From Felis catus (lineage: Eukaryota): 64,000 nucleotides of DNA. The translations under genes and the position numbers were made by a program. The notes under the pieces are model-generated. The model saw only the letters and a program-made list of their open reading frames with translations, was not told where the DNA came from and ran no database searches. The stretch spans positions 140,244,001 to 140,308,000 of the forward strand of contig NC_058372.1 of NCBI RefSeq assembly GCF_018350175.1. Direction: 5' to 3'. This document shows, one piece after another, positions 24,600 through 36,660 of the stretch; position 1 is the first letter of the stretch; each line of letters begins with the position of its first letter.

Positions 24600-25600
24600 T
24601 TTGAATTTCAGACCCTTGGGTGCAAGCATTTACACAGTATCTCCACTCGGGGACATCTCGCACTCAGTAGGTCTAAACCAAGTTCAAACTCCCTCCCAAA
24701 GGGAGAGTCCTCCCCCCAGCCGCCATCATCGTCTGGCGGTTACCGCCATTCACCCAGCCGTGTGAGCCAGAAACCAAGGAGTCCTCCCCGATGCTCACTC
24801 AGCCCTCAACTCCAACCATCCTAAGCCCCGTCCACGCCGGCTTCTAAGTAGCTCACAAATATGCCTCTAAACCTACCTCTTCTTCCTCCCACACAGGCGG
24901 GAGTTACAGTCATGTGTCTCCTAAGCCCTCCCCTCGCGCGCGCATTCCAGCACTGCAGCTGGCTCACCCTTCCCCAGGCACCAGTGTCATTGCTCCTGGA
25001 ATCAGAAATAAAATTCTTTTTTTTTAAATTTTTTTAAATGTTTTTATTTATTTTTGAGACAGAGAGAGACAGAGCATGAGCAGGGGAGGGGCAGAAAGAG
25101 AGGGAGACACAGAATCCGAAGCAGGCTCCAGGCTCCGAGCTCGAACTCACAGACTGCGAGACCATGACCTGAGCCGAAGTCGGACGCTCAACCGATTGAG
25201 CCACCCAGGTGCCCCTAAAATTCTTCACGGGACTTAGATGATCCCCCCACGACCTGGCTGCCTGGCCAGCCTCCTCTCCTATGCGTTCCCTCCCTTGCAC
25301 ACCCTGCCTCCTTGCCCCCTTAGCCAGCCACCAGATCTCAGTTCAAGCTCATTCTTCCGAAAGTTCTCCTATGACCCCCTCAAACTAGTTTAGACCCTTC
25401 ATTTAGATGTCCCATTTCATCACACAATTCTCTTGCACGGCACTTATCACAGGCTATTGTATAGTAACACGTTCCTTTTCATCAGTGTCAGTCTCCCGGG
25501 CTAGAATGTACGATCCAGGAGAACAGGAAATAAGTATGTCTTGCTTATGCTTGAATTCCCAGTGGCAAAGCCCCCATACAATGTCAATATGTATCTATTG
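24600..25600 (+). mobile_element. L2 3' region split by a SINE
   Basis: CCAAGTTCAAACTC, CTCAGCCCTCAACTCCAA, GAAAGTTCTCCTATGACC, CTAGAATGTACGATCCAGGAGAACAGG. Confidence 0.65.
25019..25215 (-). mobile_element. Can-SINE with a ~30-bp internal deletion
   Basis: CAGGCTCCGAGC is joined directly to TCGAACTCAC; TSD TAAAATTCTT. Confidence 0.95.
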
Positions 25601-25649
25601 CATTATTAATGGAATTATTTATTAAATTATTAATTACTTCTTTAATTAA

Positions 25650-25790
25650 TGAATATTGAGGTAGACTGGCAGAGTGGTTAAGAGCCCTGCCTCCTCAGGC
25701 AAACTGCCCGAATCCTACTCGTTGTGTGAGGTCGGTCAAGTTGCCACCGTCCCCAACACTCCCTCTCCAAAACTGGGCAGCTTGCGTAGG
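25650..25790 (+). mobile_element. MIR fragment
   Basis: GGCAGAGTGGTTAAGAGC head. Confidence 0.6.
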
Positions 25791-25891
25791 AACTCAGCAG
25801 GACGAAAGACAGCCTCGCAGCAACCAGGTAAAGCAAAACCCAGTCTTTACCACAGACCAAGAATACATTTTTTTTTAAATGCCCTTAGTAT

Positions 25892-26095
25892 GGGGTCCCT
25901 GGGTGGCTCAGTCGGTTGGGCGTTGGACTTCAGCTCAGGTCATGATCTCGCGGTCCGTGAGTTCGAGACCCGTGACGGGCTCCATGCTGCCAGCTCGGAG
26001 CCTGGAGCCCGTTTCCGATTCTGTGTCTCCCTCTCTCTCTGCCCCTCCCCCGCTCCTGCTCTGTCATTATTTTTGAATAAATGTCAACAAAAATG
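25892..26095 (+). mobile_element. Can-SINE
   Basis: Full element; TSD AAATGCCCTTAGTA / AAATGCCTTTAGTA. Confidence 0.95.
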
Positions 26096-26155
26096 AAATG
26101 CCTTTAGTAAACGTTAGTTGGCTGTAGACGATATTATTTTTAAAAAAGAAAGAAA

Positions 26156-26228
26156 GGGGCACCTGGGTAGCTCAGTCGGTGGGGTGTCCGATTTGGGCTC
26201 AGGTCATGATCTCGCCACTCTTGAGTCT
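26156..26228 (+). mobile_element. Can-SINE 5' head only
   Basis: GGGGCACCTGGGTAGCTCAGTCGG...CTCAGGTCATGATCTC; no (CT)n or A tail follows. Confidence 0.85.
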
Positions 26229-26229
26229 G

Positions 26230-28460
26230 GGCCCCCCTGCAACCCACAGGCCGGCAGGGCTTCTCCCCCGAGAGAAATACAGCCAGGAACCAGGCCCCGA
26301 GCCCCAGGCACAGAGCACAAGGCTGGGCCGGGCCCCTCTCCTGCAAGCAATCAGCACAGGCCCTCAAGCATGAGATTTAATTGCTTGTTCATTATTTTAG
26401 CTCACAGGGGCTACAAGGAAGTGTGGCACCTCCGAGCACACCATCCAGCAGAACCCCGGGAGCTGTCAAGACTAAAAAACAACAACAGCCTCGACAAAGG
26501 GGCCCCGTCTGGAGCTGAAGGGCTCCAGTCCAGGAGCCCCCTGACTCCGCGACAGGGCCCCCGTCAAAACCCACCGCAGCCCCTCGCTGTTGGCCCTGCC
26601 CTTTCCGATTCTATCTGAGCGGGGAGGAGAGCGCCACAAAGGGATGAGAATTTGAACTCACAGCCCCCCCCCGAGTGCACCCNNNNNNNNNNNNNNNNNN
26701 NNNNNNNNNNNNNNNNNNNNNNNNNNNNNNNNNNNNNNNNNNNNNNNNNNNNNNNNNNNNNNNNNNNNNNNNNNNNNNNNNNNNNNNNNNNNNNNNNNNN
26801 NNNNNNNNNNNNNNNNNNNNNNNNNNNNNNNNNNNNNNNNNNNNNNNNNNNNNNAGGAGTTCTCCTCGAAGGTGTCAAAATTGCCTTAAATCTTTCGCTT
26901 TGTTATACCCTACTGCTACACAGATGTAATAGAGCCAGCCTGACGATCTCAAACAATTTGGAGATCATTTTTTCTCTCTAGAAACTTTGTTGAAATATAT
27001 ATATTAGCCCAGACTTTTTTTCTTAAAATTTTCTGTTTGGAAAAAAAAAAAAAAAAAACAAAACCCACACACTCTCTTTTCAGATGCTCCTTCAGAGATC
27101 AGGGCAGCCAAGCAGCAGCTAGCTTTAAAAATAAAATAAGATAAAATAAAATCCTATGCCATCTCTCAGGTTTTGAGCACAAAGGTTACAGCCGGTTTTC
27201 CTCCCCCATTTTATTTCCTCCATTGGAGCAGATTTGACCTCGTCTCTCTAAAGGCAGCAAACTTCAACAAAGGCGGGAGGGCTATTTTAAGTGATGAAAA
27301 AGATTCTGAATGAAGGATTATGCCTTTGATGAAGCCTGAAAGAAATGCAGTGCTTAGGAAGTGGATAAAAGTCAATAGCAGCCATTCTCTGCTGTGGATG
27401 CCACCTTGAAGGCGCGCTTTCCCCCAGTGATCTTAAAAATAAAAAAATAAAAACAAACAGAGACCGGTGACCCCTCCAGTTCGCTGGTAGGGGGACGTCC
27501 ACCTGATGGGAAGCACTGAATATTCCAGAGGGTCCCTGCCAAATGCCAGGCTCCGTGATGGATGGAGAGTCTTTAAGACTCACTGCACCAGGAGAGACGT
27601 GAGTAACTAGGTTCTGGGTGGGAAGCGAGAGGCTTCTCTCCTCCCTCTCCCCTCTCAACAGAGAGGGAAAATCCCGGACACACAGACACCTTTCCCTGTC
27701 CATCCAGCTCCGGATCTGACTCTCTAGCTGGGGCCTGATGGTTACCTTGCCCAAAAGGAGGCGAAAAGGAAAGCTACGGCCTCAGACTGTATCCCGTCCG
27801 GCTCAACCTTCCATGCCAGAAAGACACAGGACGGTGTTTCCATGTGTCTACCTGCCCCGTGTCTGTCGGTCTGCGAACACTTTCGGCACGAAAACTAAAT
27901 GGTCTCGACAGTGAGATTCCCCTCGTGTTTCTCTCAGGGGCTTCCAGGTGAATATTTACTCAAAAAAAAAAAAAATCATCTCACAAATCTGGTCTGTGAA
28001 TCTTTTTTAAAAAAATTTTTTTTCAACGTTTATTTATTTTTGGGACAGAGAGAGACAGAGCATGAACAGGGGAGGGGCAGAGAGAGAGGGAGACACAGAA
28101 TCAGAAACAGGCTCCAGGCTCTGAGCCATCAGCCCAGAGCCCGACGCGGGGCTCGAACTCACGGACCGCGAGATTGTGACCTGGCTGAAGTCAGACGCTT
28201 AACCGACTGCGCCACCTAGGCGCCCCTGGTCTGTGAATCTTGACGCAGAGGAGACAAGGTGCATACAGCAAAGTACCTAACTAGCCTCACCCCCGGCTCC
28301 TAGTCGGGCTGTAGCTCTTTGCTCTATTCTGTTGCTATCGTCAGGGTGTTGCGTGCTTTCGCCCCGACGGCCTCACCCGGCTGCAATCATTTTATGCGCA
28401 GACCCGGCCACTGTGCCAGGGTCCGCATTTGTCTGTCCCGCCTCAGAAGTCAGGCTCACC
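26230..28460. promoter_or_regulatory. GC/CpG-enriched, repeat-poor candidate promoter/enhancer block containing gap N 26683-26854
   Basis: Dense CpGs at 26230-26682, 27380-27900 and 28290-28460; only one young SINE inside; function inferred, not shown. Confidence 0.45.
28005..28226 (-). mobile_element. Young felid SINEC_Fc copy
   Basis: CpG-rich; perfect 15-bp TSD TGGTCTGTGAATCTT (27990-28004, 28227-28241). Confidence 0.98.
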
Positions 28461-28754
28461 AGAGAGAGCAATTTCTTAATGGAAAGAATTTGTTATCAGT
28501 TTAGGCCACGAGCCTGAATCTTTGAAACAGCACGACTCAGATATTTCAGCACTCAGAGAATTAAGGTTTCGCATCCCTTGGTTTTACGTGAGGAATCTTA
28601 CTCCCTTGAGGATGACGAAATTCAACTCCTGGGGCCACCTCGCTGGTCCTTCACGCAGTATTTTCCAGCACCTACTATGTGCAAGAGGTAGCGCGGGAAG
28701 CACACAGATTAAATTTTTAATGAGCAACTATCTCCAAGGAGGCCAGCTAGCTTA

Positions 28755-28920
28755 TTGATCTCAGAATCATAAGGGTTAGAGACAGTTTGGAGGGTTTTTT
28801 TGTTATCCAAGTGCTTTACTTCGCAGATGAGGAAAGAAGAGCCTGGACTATTCTGTAACTTCTCTAACAGATGGAGAGGTCATTCAAAGACCCAGGTCTC
28901 CTGACTGAAATAAGACTTAC
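28755..28920 (-). mobile_element. MIR fragment
   Basis: CTTTACTTCGCAGATGAGGAAAG core. Confidence 0.6.
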
Positions 28921-29654
28921 CCCTTTGCCATTTCCTGATCGTCACCAGGCTCCAACATCACCAGGTCACAGAGGCCTGCGTGGCTCGCGAAGTTGGTACC
29001 ATGGTGGCCAGTCAGGGGCACACACACCCCCCCCCCACCTACGCGCAGCCAGCACACCCACACGCCTGCCTGTCAGACCGCCCATGTTTGTGGGAGGGTT
29101 TCCTAGCCCAGCTCCACAGGAAAGAAATCTGGGCGCAGAATGCTTAGGCGACCTGCTCGAGGTCAACAGGAATGAGTGGTGAATCAAAGACTCCACCCAG
29201 CATGCCCTCGCCCCGGGCCATTCTCTGCCCCCCCCCCATGCTTCTGGAGCCTCCCGTGGCATCTCCTTTTGTTGTCGTCTCAGCTCCACGTTATTTCCAG
29301 CACCCCTCGTTTGCACCAAGTAATGAAACATAGAATTTTAGAGACGGGTTGTTTTTAAAGACCAATGAGCCCAGAACTCTCACTTTACAGGTGAGGGACC
29401 TGGCCCAGGGACTTGACTGTGGTCACCTCACTAGGGTTACACAAGGTCCAGAGAGCGCACATGGAGAGAGAGAGAAGCACAACGGGCTCCTTCCCGTCCT
29501 GCCCACACCAGCCCATCCGTGGTTTGGTGCAACATGGTGTGAACCTGGTTTCCCCAAGCCTCAGCAACCAGCGGGTGTGAATCAGGTCACATTGTCAAGA
29601 AAAATAAATCGGTGTAATTCAGTAAAATACGTGTAGAAGACATGTACGTGTCTT

Positions 29655-29866
29655 TAAAAAAAATTTTTTTTTATTTTTGAGAGGCAGAGAGAGACAGAGC
29701 GTGTGTGGGGGAGGGGCAGAGAGAGAGGGAGACACAGAATCAGAAGCAGGCTCCACGCTCTGAGCTGTCAGCACACAGCCCGATGCGGGGCCCGAACTCA
29801 CGAGCCGTGAGATCAAGACCTGAGCCGAAGTCGGTCGCTCAACAGACTGAGCCACCCAGGTGCCCC
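29655..29866 (-). mobile_element. Can-SINE
   Basis: Full element; imperfect TSD GACATGTACGTGTCTTT / GACATCTACCTGTCTTT. Confidence 0.95.
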
Positions 29867-30230
29867 ATGACATCTACCTGTCTTTGTGTGGGTGCAGGTC
29901 ACATGGGTTGATGAATCTCCCACCCCTCTCAAGAGCTTCCCCTCATTACCCTTGTGTCCTACTGGCTGTCTCAACCCTCCCCACCCTTTGTTGGTGCCCC
30001 CTACCTCAGATGCCACTTGAGGATAGCCCTTGATCATGACCACAGTGCTCAGACCCTCCCTAACAGTGTTGCCGCTCATGGGGAGGGCTCTCTCTCTCTG
30101 ACTCTGCTGGTGTCTTCCTTGTCTGAACTGTATGTTCCTGGTCTTCAAGGAACAAAGGCTACCCTGTGGTCCATGTGTGGAAAGACCTGTCCTTCTGGGT
30201 TTCCTAGAAGCCAAGATAAAAAGTAAAACG

Positions 30231-30393
30231 GGGGGCTCCTGGGTGGCTCAGTCGGTTGGGTATCCGACTTCGGCTCAGGTCATGATCTCACGGTCCGTGA
30301 GTTCCAGCCCCATGTTGGGCTCTGTGTTGACAGCTCAGAGCCTGGAGTGTGCTACAGATTGTGTGTGTGCCTCTCTCTCTGCCCCTCCCCTGC

Positions 30394-30429
<36 letters not shown>

Positions 30430-30447
30430 TCAAAAATAAACATTAAA
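30231..30447 (+). mobile_element. Can-SINE
   Basis: Full element; TSD AAAAGTAAAA. Confidence 0.95.
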
Positions 30448-31264
30448 AAGTAAAATGAATGCATTACAGAGTTCTCAACTATTATCCATCTAATAGAGTA
30501 ATACAGTATCTCATGTAATACCTAAAAGCCTACCATCACATGAAGAAAGAAATCAACTGTATGGCTCTTTGTAGAAAGGAAAGAAATCATCCAGAGAACA
30601 AGGTCTTCAGGGGCATTGTCTGAGTGGTCCCCACCACATGTCCCCCAACCGTTTTGTTTAAGAGGCCGAACCAAAGTTCATCTGACTCCTCCTCATGCAA
30701 AACACAAGAAAAGTAACATCACTCTATTTAGCAATAGTTCTGAGGAGGTCCCTGAAGGACCCATTGCTCTGTACAAAACAGCATTCATTGCCTGATGGGC
30801 CCAGCTCCCTGGGCCGACCACACAGATGGTACAAAGCACAGTATAGCGCTCATTAGAGCCTGGCTTAGGTGATCCTTGGTATTTATTTTCCTCATAATTT
30901 GCAGCCTACGCTAGCTCTTCTGTATCTCTAACACATAGAAGGCATGTTTTTAACTCCCACTACTCTATATTCCCTCCTCTACGAGCCCAGAACCAAAGCA
31001 CAGAAAGATGCTTGGACTCTGGCTCTGGACCAAAGTAACCCTATGTGGCTTTTTGGGTTCAAGGTCACTGCAGAGACCTCATGGCTCACTTAAGCCCAAC
31101 CCCAGATACCCAGAGTCAGTCTCAAAGGCAACATCTTGTATGGCCAAACGCATGTGACTGGAGGGACATGGGGAGCAGAGGACTGTGCCCTAGCTTTGAG
31201 GAGCCTAGCAAGGGAGGCATGGCACGAAAGAACAACCAGAAAACAAGATTGTCCGGCCGGCTGA

Positions 31265-31770
31265 ATAGTATAGGGTTCAAGAGAGTAGTTCTGGAGTCAG
31301 GAAGGCCTGGCTGTGAACAATGACTTTACTCTTTACTAGTGTTAAGAAATTAAAGAAGACAATTTAGGTGATACAAACAAACCGTATTTAACCCATCATG
31401 CAATGGACAGTCTCCTTTCGGAGAACTGCCAAATGGGACAAAAAGAAGGCAGGAAGCTTTTAGAGAAGAAAGAACAAGGAAGAGAAAAACAGGACATATC
31501 TGATTGGCTGGGGCCACATAGTCCCCCTTGTGTGGGGTGAGAAGACCCAGCATCAGCTTGGCATTCGGAACACGTACAGGGCCATGAACGTTATCAAAGT
31601 TTCGGCTTGCTGATGTGGTACCCCAGGCAGGAGTGGCTCCATCTTGGGCCTGGAAATTTATTTCAGCACTAGCTGTATGGCTTTGGGCAAAAGAGTGAAC
31701 GTCTCAGTGCATCGGTTGCTTCATCTAGAAATAGCAAGCCCTTCGCTTGCAATTTCAGCCCTTTGCTACA
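31265..31770 (+). mobile_element. MIR split by the solo LTR
   Basis: TTCTGGAGTCAGG...TTTACTAG | CTAGCTGTATGGCTTTGGGCAA rejoins into the MIR consensus. Confidence 0.7.
31340..31668 (-). mobile_element. ERV1-class solo LTR inserted in a MIR
   Basis: TG...CA termini, perfect 4-bp TSD CTAG (31336-31339, 31669-31672), CCAAT box on the minus strand (GATTGG); MIR continues on both sides. Confidence 0.85.
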
Positions 31771-31974
31771 TTCCATTGGAAGAGCAGACTGAGATAATGG
31801 ATGTCAGGAATGTAGCAAAGGGCTGGCCATCAAGCAAGCTGCTGGCAAACTTTCGCTGTTAGCATCACTGCTTTGTGGCCACCACAGCTCTCACTCAAGT
31901 GTTAGGAAACGTCAGGGAAAGAGAGATCCCTGGATGCCAGAAATACAGAACACTTCAGGATTTCCCATGGGTTC

Positions 31975-32120
31975 TAGAGTCAGAGGGGCCTGAATTTGAA
32001 TCTACATTTGCCTATCTAAACAAATTTACATAAGAAACTCAATGCCTCTGAAGCTCAGTTTCTTCCCCTGCCAAGTGGGAACAGTAATACCCACTATGTA
32101 TGTGTATTATGCGTTTCTCT
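31975..32120 (+). mobile_element. MIR fragment
   Basis: GCCTCTGAAGCTCAGTTTCTTCCCCTGCCAAGTGGGAACAGTAATACC. Confidence 0.65.
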
Positions 32121-32505
32121 AAGGGAAAAAAGAATGTGTTTAATTGCATGCATCCATTTGTTCATGCACATGAGAGAAAGACCCACACAGGATACCAAAA
32201 TCATAGATGCCACATACAAACCACCCTTACTGCAGTCCTTGGCCTTAGTAAACCCTGAGCAAGCAAGAGCTGGTATTAAGAATAAAGACGACTAGATTCA
32301 AGCATGGCCTCAAGGAATGAACAGAAATAGATGGGAAAGTTGGGTGGAGAGGATAATGCAGGACGAGGGGGCAGCGTGAGAATCAGCACAGAAGGAGGAG
32401 TAAGCATAGCAGATACAAGAGGGATTCAGGAGAAGGGCTTAGATGGCGAGAGGGATTCTTTGGGGGAACAGTGACAGGTAAGGTCAGGTAAAGAAACACA
32501 GGACT

Positions 32506-32723
32506 GGGGCGCCTGGGTGGCGTAGTCGGTTAAGCGTCCGACTTCAGCCAGGTCACGATCTCGCGGTCCGTGAGTTTGAGCCCCGCGTCAGGCTCTGGGC
32601 TGACGGCTCAGAGCCTGGAGCCTGCTTCCGATTCTGTGTCTCCCTCTCTCTCTGCCCCTCCCCCATTCATGCTCTGTCTCTCTCTGTCCCAAAAATAAAT
32701 AAACGTTGAAAAAAAAATTTTTT
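32506..32723 (+). mobile_element. Young felid SINEC_Fc copy
   Basis: Perfect 15-bp TSD AAGAAACACAGGACT (32491-32505, 32724-32738); about 7 differences from the copy at 6815. Confidence 0.98.
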
Positions 32724-35454
32724 AAGAAACACAGGACTGACACACCAGGAAGCAGGCTGAGGCGCCAACGGGAGGCGGCCCTTACAAGCCCTGGAGCGGG
32801 GCAAAACTTGATGAAATCAGAGTCTTGAAGGACCAGCAGGGCCATACTTTGCTCAGTGGATGGAGCAAGGAGACACTTGAAGGTGTAATCTTCTACACGT
32901 AGGGACAGTAGATGAATCAAATTCTGAACACTGCCGGAATGTACAGCCTCACTCTCCATTTCCAACTTAATTGGATTTCACGTAGACACCCCCTTCCCCC
33001 ATTACTCCCCTCGCTATTCCAAGACTCGAGGGATTTGTATGTATGGATTCCATAAGGATTCTAGTCACTCACCTTCTACTGATTTTTAGCTTAAAACACA
33101 GTGGAAAATTATTGACATTATTTCCTTGAAAACCCTTCCCTGCCTGAACATGTCTGTGTCAATAATTGTCATGTTGGCNNNNNNNNNNNNNNNNNNNNNN
33201 NNNNNNNNNNNNNNNNNNNNNNNNNNNNNNNNNNNNNNNNNNNNNNNNNNNNNNNNNNNNNNNNNNNNNNNNNNNNNNNNNNNNNNNNNNNNNNNNNNNN
33301 NNNNNNNNNNNNNNNNNNNNNNNNNNNNNNNNNNNNNNNNNNNNNNNNNNNNNNNNNNNNNNNNNNNNNNNNNNNNNNNNNNNNTTTCCTGAGTAAGAGG
33401 ATTTCAAGTCTTGCTCCTGGCTGGTCCAGATTAAACTCCGGTATTTTATAAGGCTCTCCACCTTTTTTCTCAGTTATTTTACACATCAAAGCCTGCGATT
33501 TTCCATTCGCTTCTAGGAGTTGGACACTAAAATGTGGGTCTGAGACTGCTAAGTCTCACCAACTATAGTTGCACAAAATATATCATTCCTAGAGCAAAAG
33601 AAGTAATGAACATCTCTTAATTGTTGCAATACTTCTATGGTTTTCTTCAGCTTTAAAATTGTTACAAATATAGTATTTGTGACATACCTTTAAAGCATAT
33701 TTGGTGAGTGCAGGCATTCTCTTCTTTAAAAAACGAGTTCTTTCTAACCTCAAGAAAGCCTACAGCCAGGGAACAATGAAAGCTAAGAAAGAATTGGCTT
33801 CCGTGCGATCTATTCTCTGTATCGATGGATAGAAGGACTAATGGGGCTCCCATTCAGGCATGACTGCACTGCCTGGGCCAAAGCAGAGAGGAGAAGCTGA
33901 ACCGGCCACATGCAATGACACTGGGTAATTGTACCTAATGTTGAAACAATGGCCATGACAAATCCAATGCTGGTGCGGGTGGGGGGTTTGTGGTGGAGGA
34001 AGGAGGCATTGGGCTGAGTAGGAGCTGGGAGCACTGTGAATGCATTTGAAAAGCAACATCTTACATGAAGAGGGAGAGAAATATTATGAGATACAGAAGG
34101 CATATAATAAGAATAATGGAATTCTTAAAGCATGTTGAAAGGCAAGAGGAATTGAATTCAAAAACGAAACTTCTGAATGAAAATTATTTCATTTGTTTAA
34201 TTAGGCTCACAAGCTGAATGCTGAACTGAGCCACAATTAACCTATATTCACGTATCCTGATTTTCAGGCACGATTTTCATACTAAGGATGTAAGAAAGCT
34301 CCTTTCTTCTCCTTGAGAAGTACATTTATTCTAGATAGAACGTCACAAAATAGCCATCAACAGAAAAGGCCCCAAATTATTTTCCAAGTAAGAAAAGTGA
34401 TGACGTGGGAAACACCACATAATCAGGACCTAATATCTACCTTGTTATGCAACGTGCCCACATGCATGCAGGAATCTCTTACCAAAGATGTAATACAACC
34501 TTCACTCTGGTGTTGAAGGGAATCTTCATATGACCATCCCCCAAACCCCATAACAGATATGGTTTTACTGTTTGTAATCGTGACATTACCAGAAATGTCA
34601 CATTATTTTTTTTATGAAAATCAATTGAAATTAAGTTTGTTTTGAGATTTTTCACAACTTGCTAAGAAATACTTAGGACATATGCTGGGATGTTATAAAA
34701 CCAATGTTCATTCATTTTTCATGCTCACTCATCATTAAATGTTTATTTTGGTCAATATAAATAGATTGACTATTCTATGCTGGGCACATTTGGGTAGGCA
34801 ATAAGGACTCATGAATTAAAAATTCATAAGAGTCGCCACCCTCATGGAGCAGAGAAACAAATACCCTAAAACAAAAAGTCCACTCATTTGTTCTTAAAGT
34901 CAAGAAAGATCTCCCTAGACTCCCCAATAAATTTTAAATAGATAAAAGAAAATAGAGAAATAAAAATCTTTAGGAGAATTCAGCTCTTAGCCAAAGACCA
35001 AGTCACTGGCAATCTCTGTTTTATCCAATTTCACAAACCTTAGAAAAAAATATCTCCTCTTAAAAAAAAATGAGTGATTTCTCAATGTAGGTTTGAGATG
35101 AGAGGACCTGCCTTGACATATTTGCCTGAGATGGCCGTTTTTTTGTTTTTTTGTTTTTTGTTTTTCGGGTTTTTTTTAATCAGATAGTTTTTGCTTTCGT
35201 AGGCAGGTGTTTGAAATTCAAATGTAGTTTTGACCTTTGACTCTCTGCAGCGGCTAATAATTCTCAACCACATCCCGTTCCCCTATCATTCTGGTCACAC
35301 AAAAGACCTACCTTCCTGACCTCCTGGTGGGGTGCTGAGGAAATGGACTATGCCTAGTTGAGACCAACGTGTTGTCCACGCAGGAGCATTTAATTGTCCA
35401 CGGACATGCTCAGCATTCCCTTTTCAAAATTATACCATATTCTCTTCAGTGGGT

Positions 35455-35601
35455 GATCTTTCCACTTAGGTCCTGGAGACAGAACAACATGGAGCAGAGC
35501 TCCCATGTGACCTTGCGAGACATAACCTTTGGATGTAATAAGCCACTGAAATTCTGGAGCTATTTGTTACTACGGCATAACCAAGCCTATCCTGACTGAT
35601 A
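35455..35601 (+). mobile_element. MLT1 (H/J-type) LTR 3' fragment
   Basis: TAAGCCACTGAAATTCTGGAGCTATTTGTTACTACGGCATAACCAAGCCTATCCTGACTGATAC terminus. Confidence 0.8.
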
Positions 35602-36389
35602 CCTTCTTTTACCTTCACTCTTGAAATGCTCCTGTGTTTTCTGTCTGAAGAGAATCGAGAAGAAGTAGAAAACGAAAGCCCTCAGCAGGCCTCTGCTGGG
35701 TTTGGGGGCCTTTGCTGATGTGAACTTTTTGTATGTTTCAAAGAAGACAGATGATTTCTTACATCCAGAGCATATGGAGTTCTGCCCATTACCCTACAAG
35801 GGAGAGGAAGATTTTCTTTTCTCCAGTTACCGACACAGCCCTCCTAGGCAGATGGCTCAGGCTGGATAAGGTTGGATCATGAGACAGGCCTGGAAGGAGG
35901 AACACCAAAGGGCACTGTCAGGCCCGGAGGAGCCAACACCAGGCATGATGGATGGATCGGCTCACCAGCTATGTCTCCCAATAACCTTTAGGTTGATTCC
36001 TTGACATTTTGGAATGCCATGTAGTGCTGGACACCGGACCTGCTTTCCACTATGAAAGCCCCCAATTTTCCTCCATCTTCTGTGTTCTGACTCCCCATAA
36101 GCACTCACACTGGGCAGGCTTTTCCCCCAGTACACTGTTCTTCCAGACTTTTGAAACTCCTCAGCCATCCTGTGCCAGATACAGACCCACCTGCTGAATT
36201 CCAGCTGTGCAGCAGCTCACAATGAGCGGCTTTCTCAACACACTGATGGAAGGAGGTTCAGGTTCAACACAGCTGGGTGCGGCACACCCCCCAAAACCGT
36301 CACTCACGACTCCCCTGTGCAGGCAGGGTTGAAAACCACTGTTGCATAAACCTCTCTCCTCTCAGGTCACTGAGGAAATAAACAACTAG

Positions 36390-36660
36390 CAATAATAATT
36401 AGTTGTTTATTATTTTATTCGTTGTATTTTGTTATCATATGGTATATATGGTAGATAACATAAATTATCTATAATATTTACTATTATTATTGAGCATATA
36501 CAAGCAACTTTTAAGCACTAAACTCCCTTAATTCTCATACCAACCTTATGAACCAAATTCTGGTACTGTTCTCATGTTATAAATGTATCCCACACCACAT
36601 AGGAGTAAGTGGAACCTGAGACCATCAAACTCTGAAGGCTTTCTTTCCCAAAACGGAATC
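36390..36660 (-). mobile_element. MIR fragment
   Basis: TTAATTCTCATACCAACCTTATGA...TTCTCATGTTATAAATG. Confidence 0.55.

Noticed and set aside
26118-26618. 166-aa ORF, plus the 140-aa ORF at 25674-26096
   Set aside because: They are built from SINE/MIR sequence and GC-rich DNA, where stops are rare, and show no protein-like motif.
27287-27754. 155-aa minus-strand ORF in the CpG block
   Set aside because: It starts at TTG, includes a translated T-tract (LFVFIFLFL) and resembles no protein I know.
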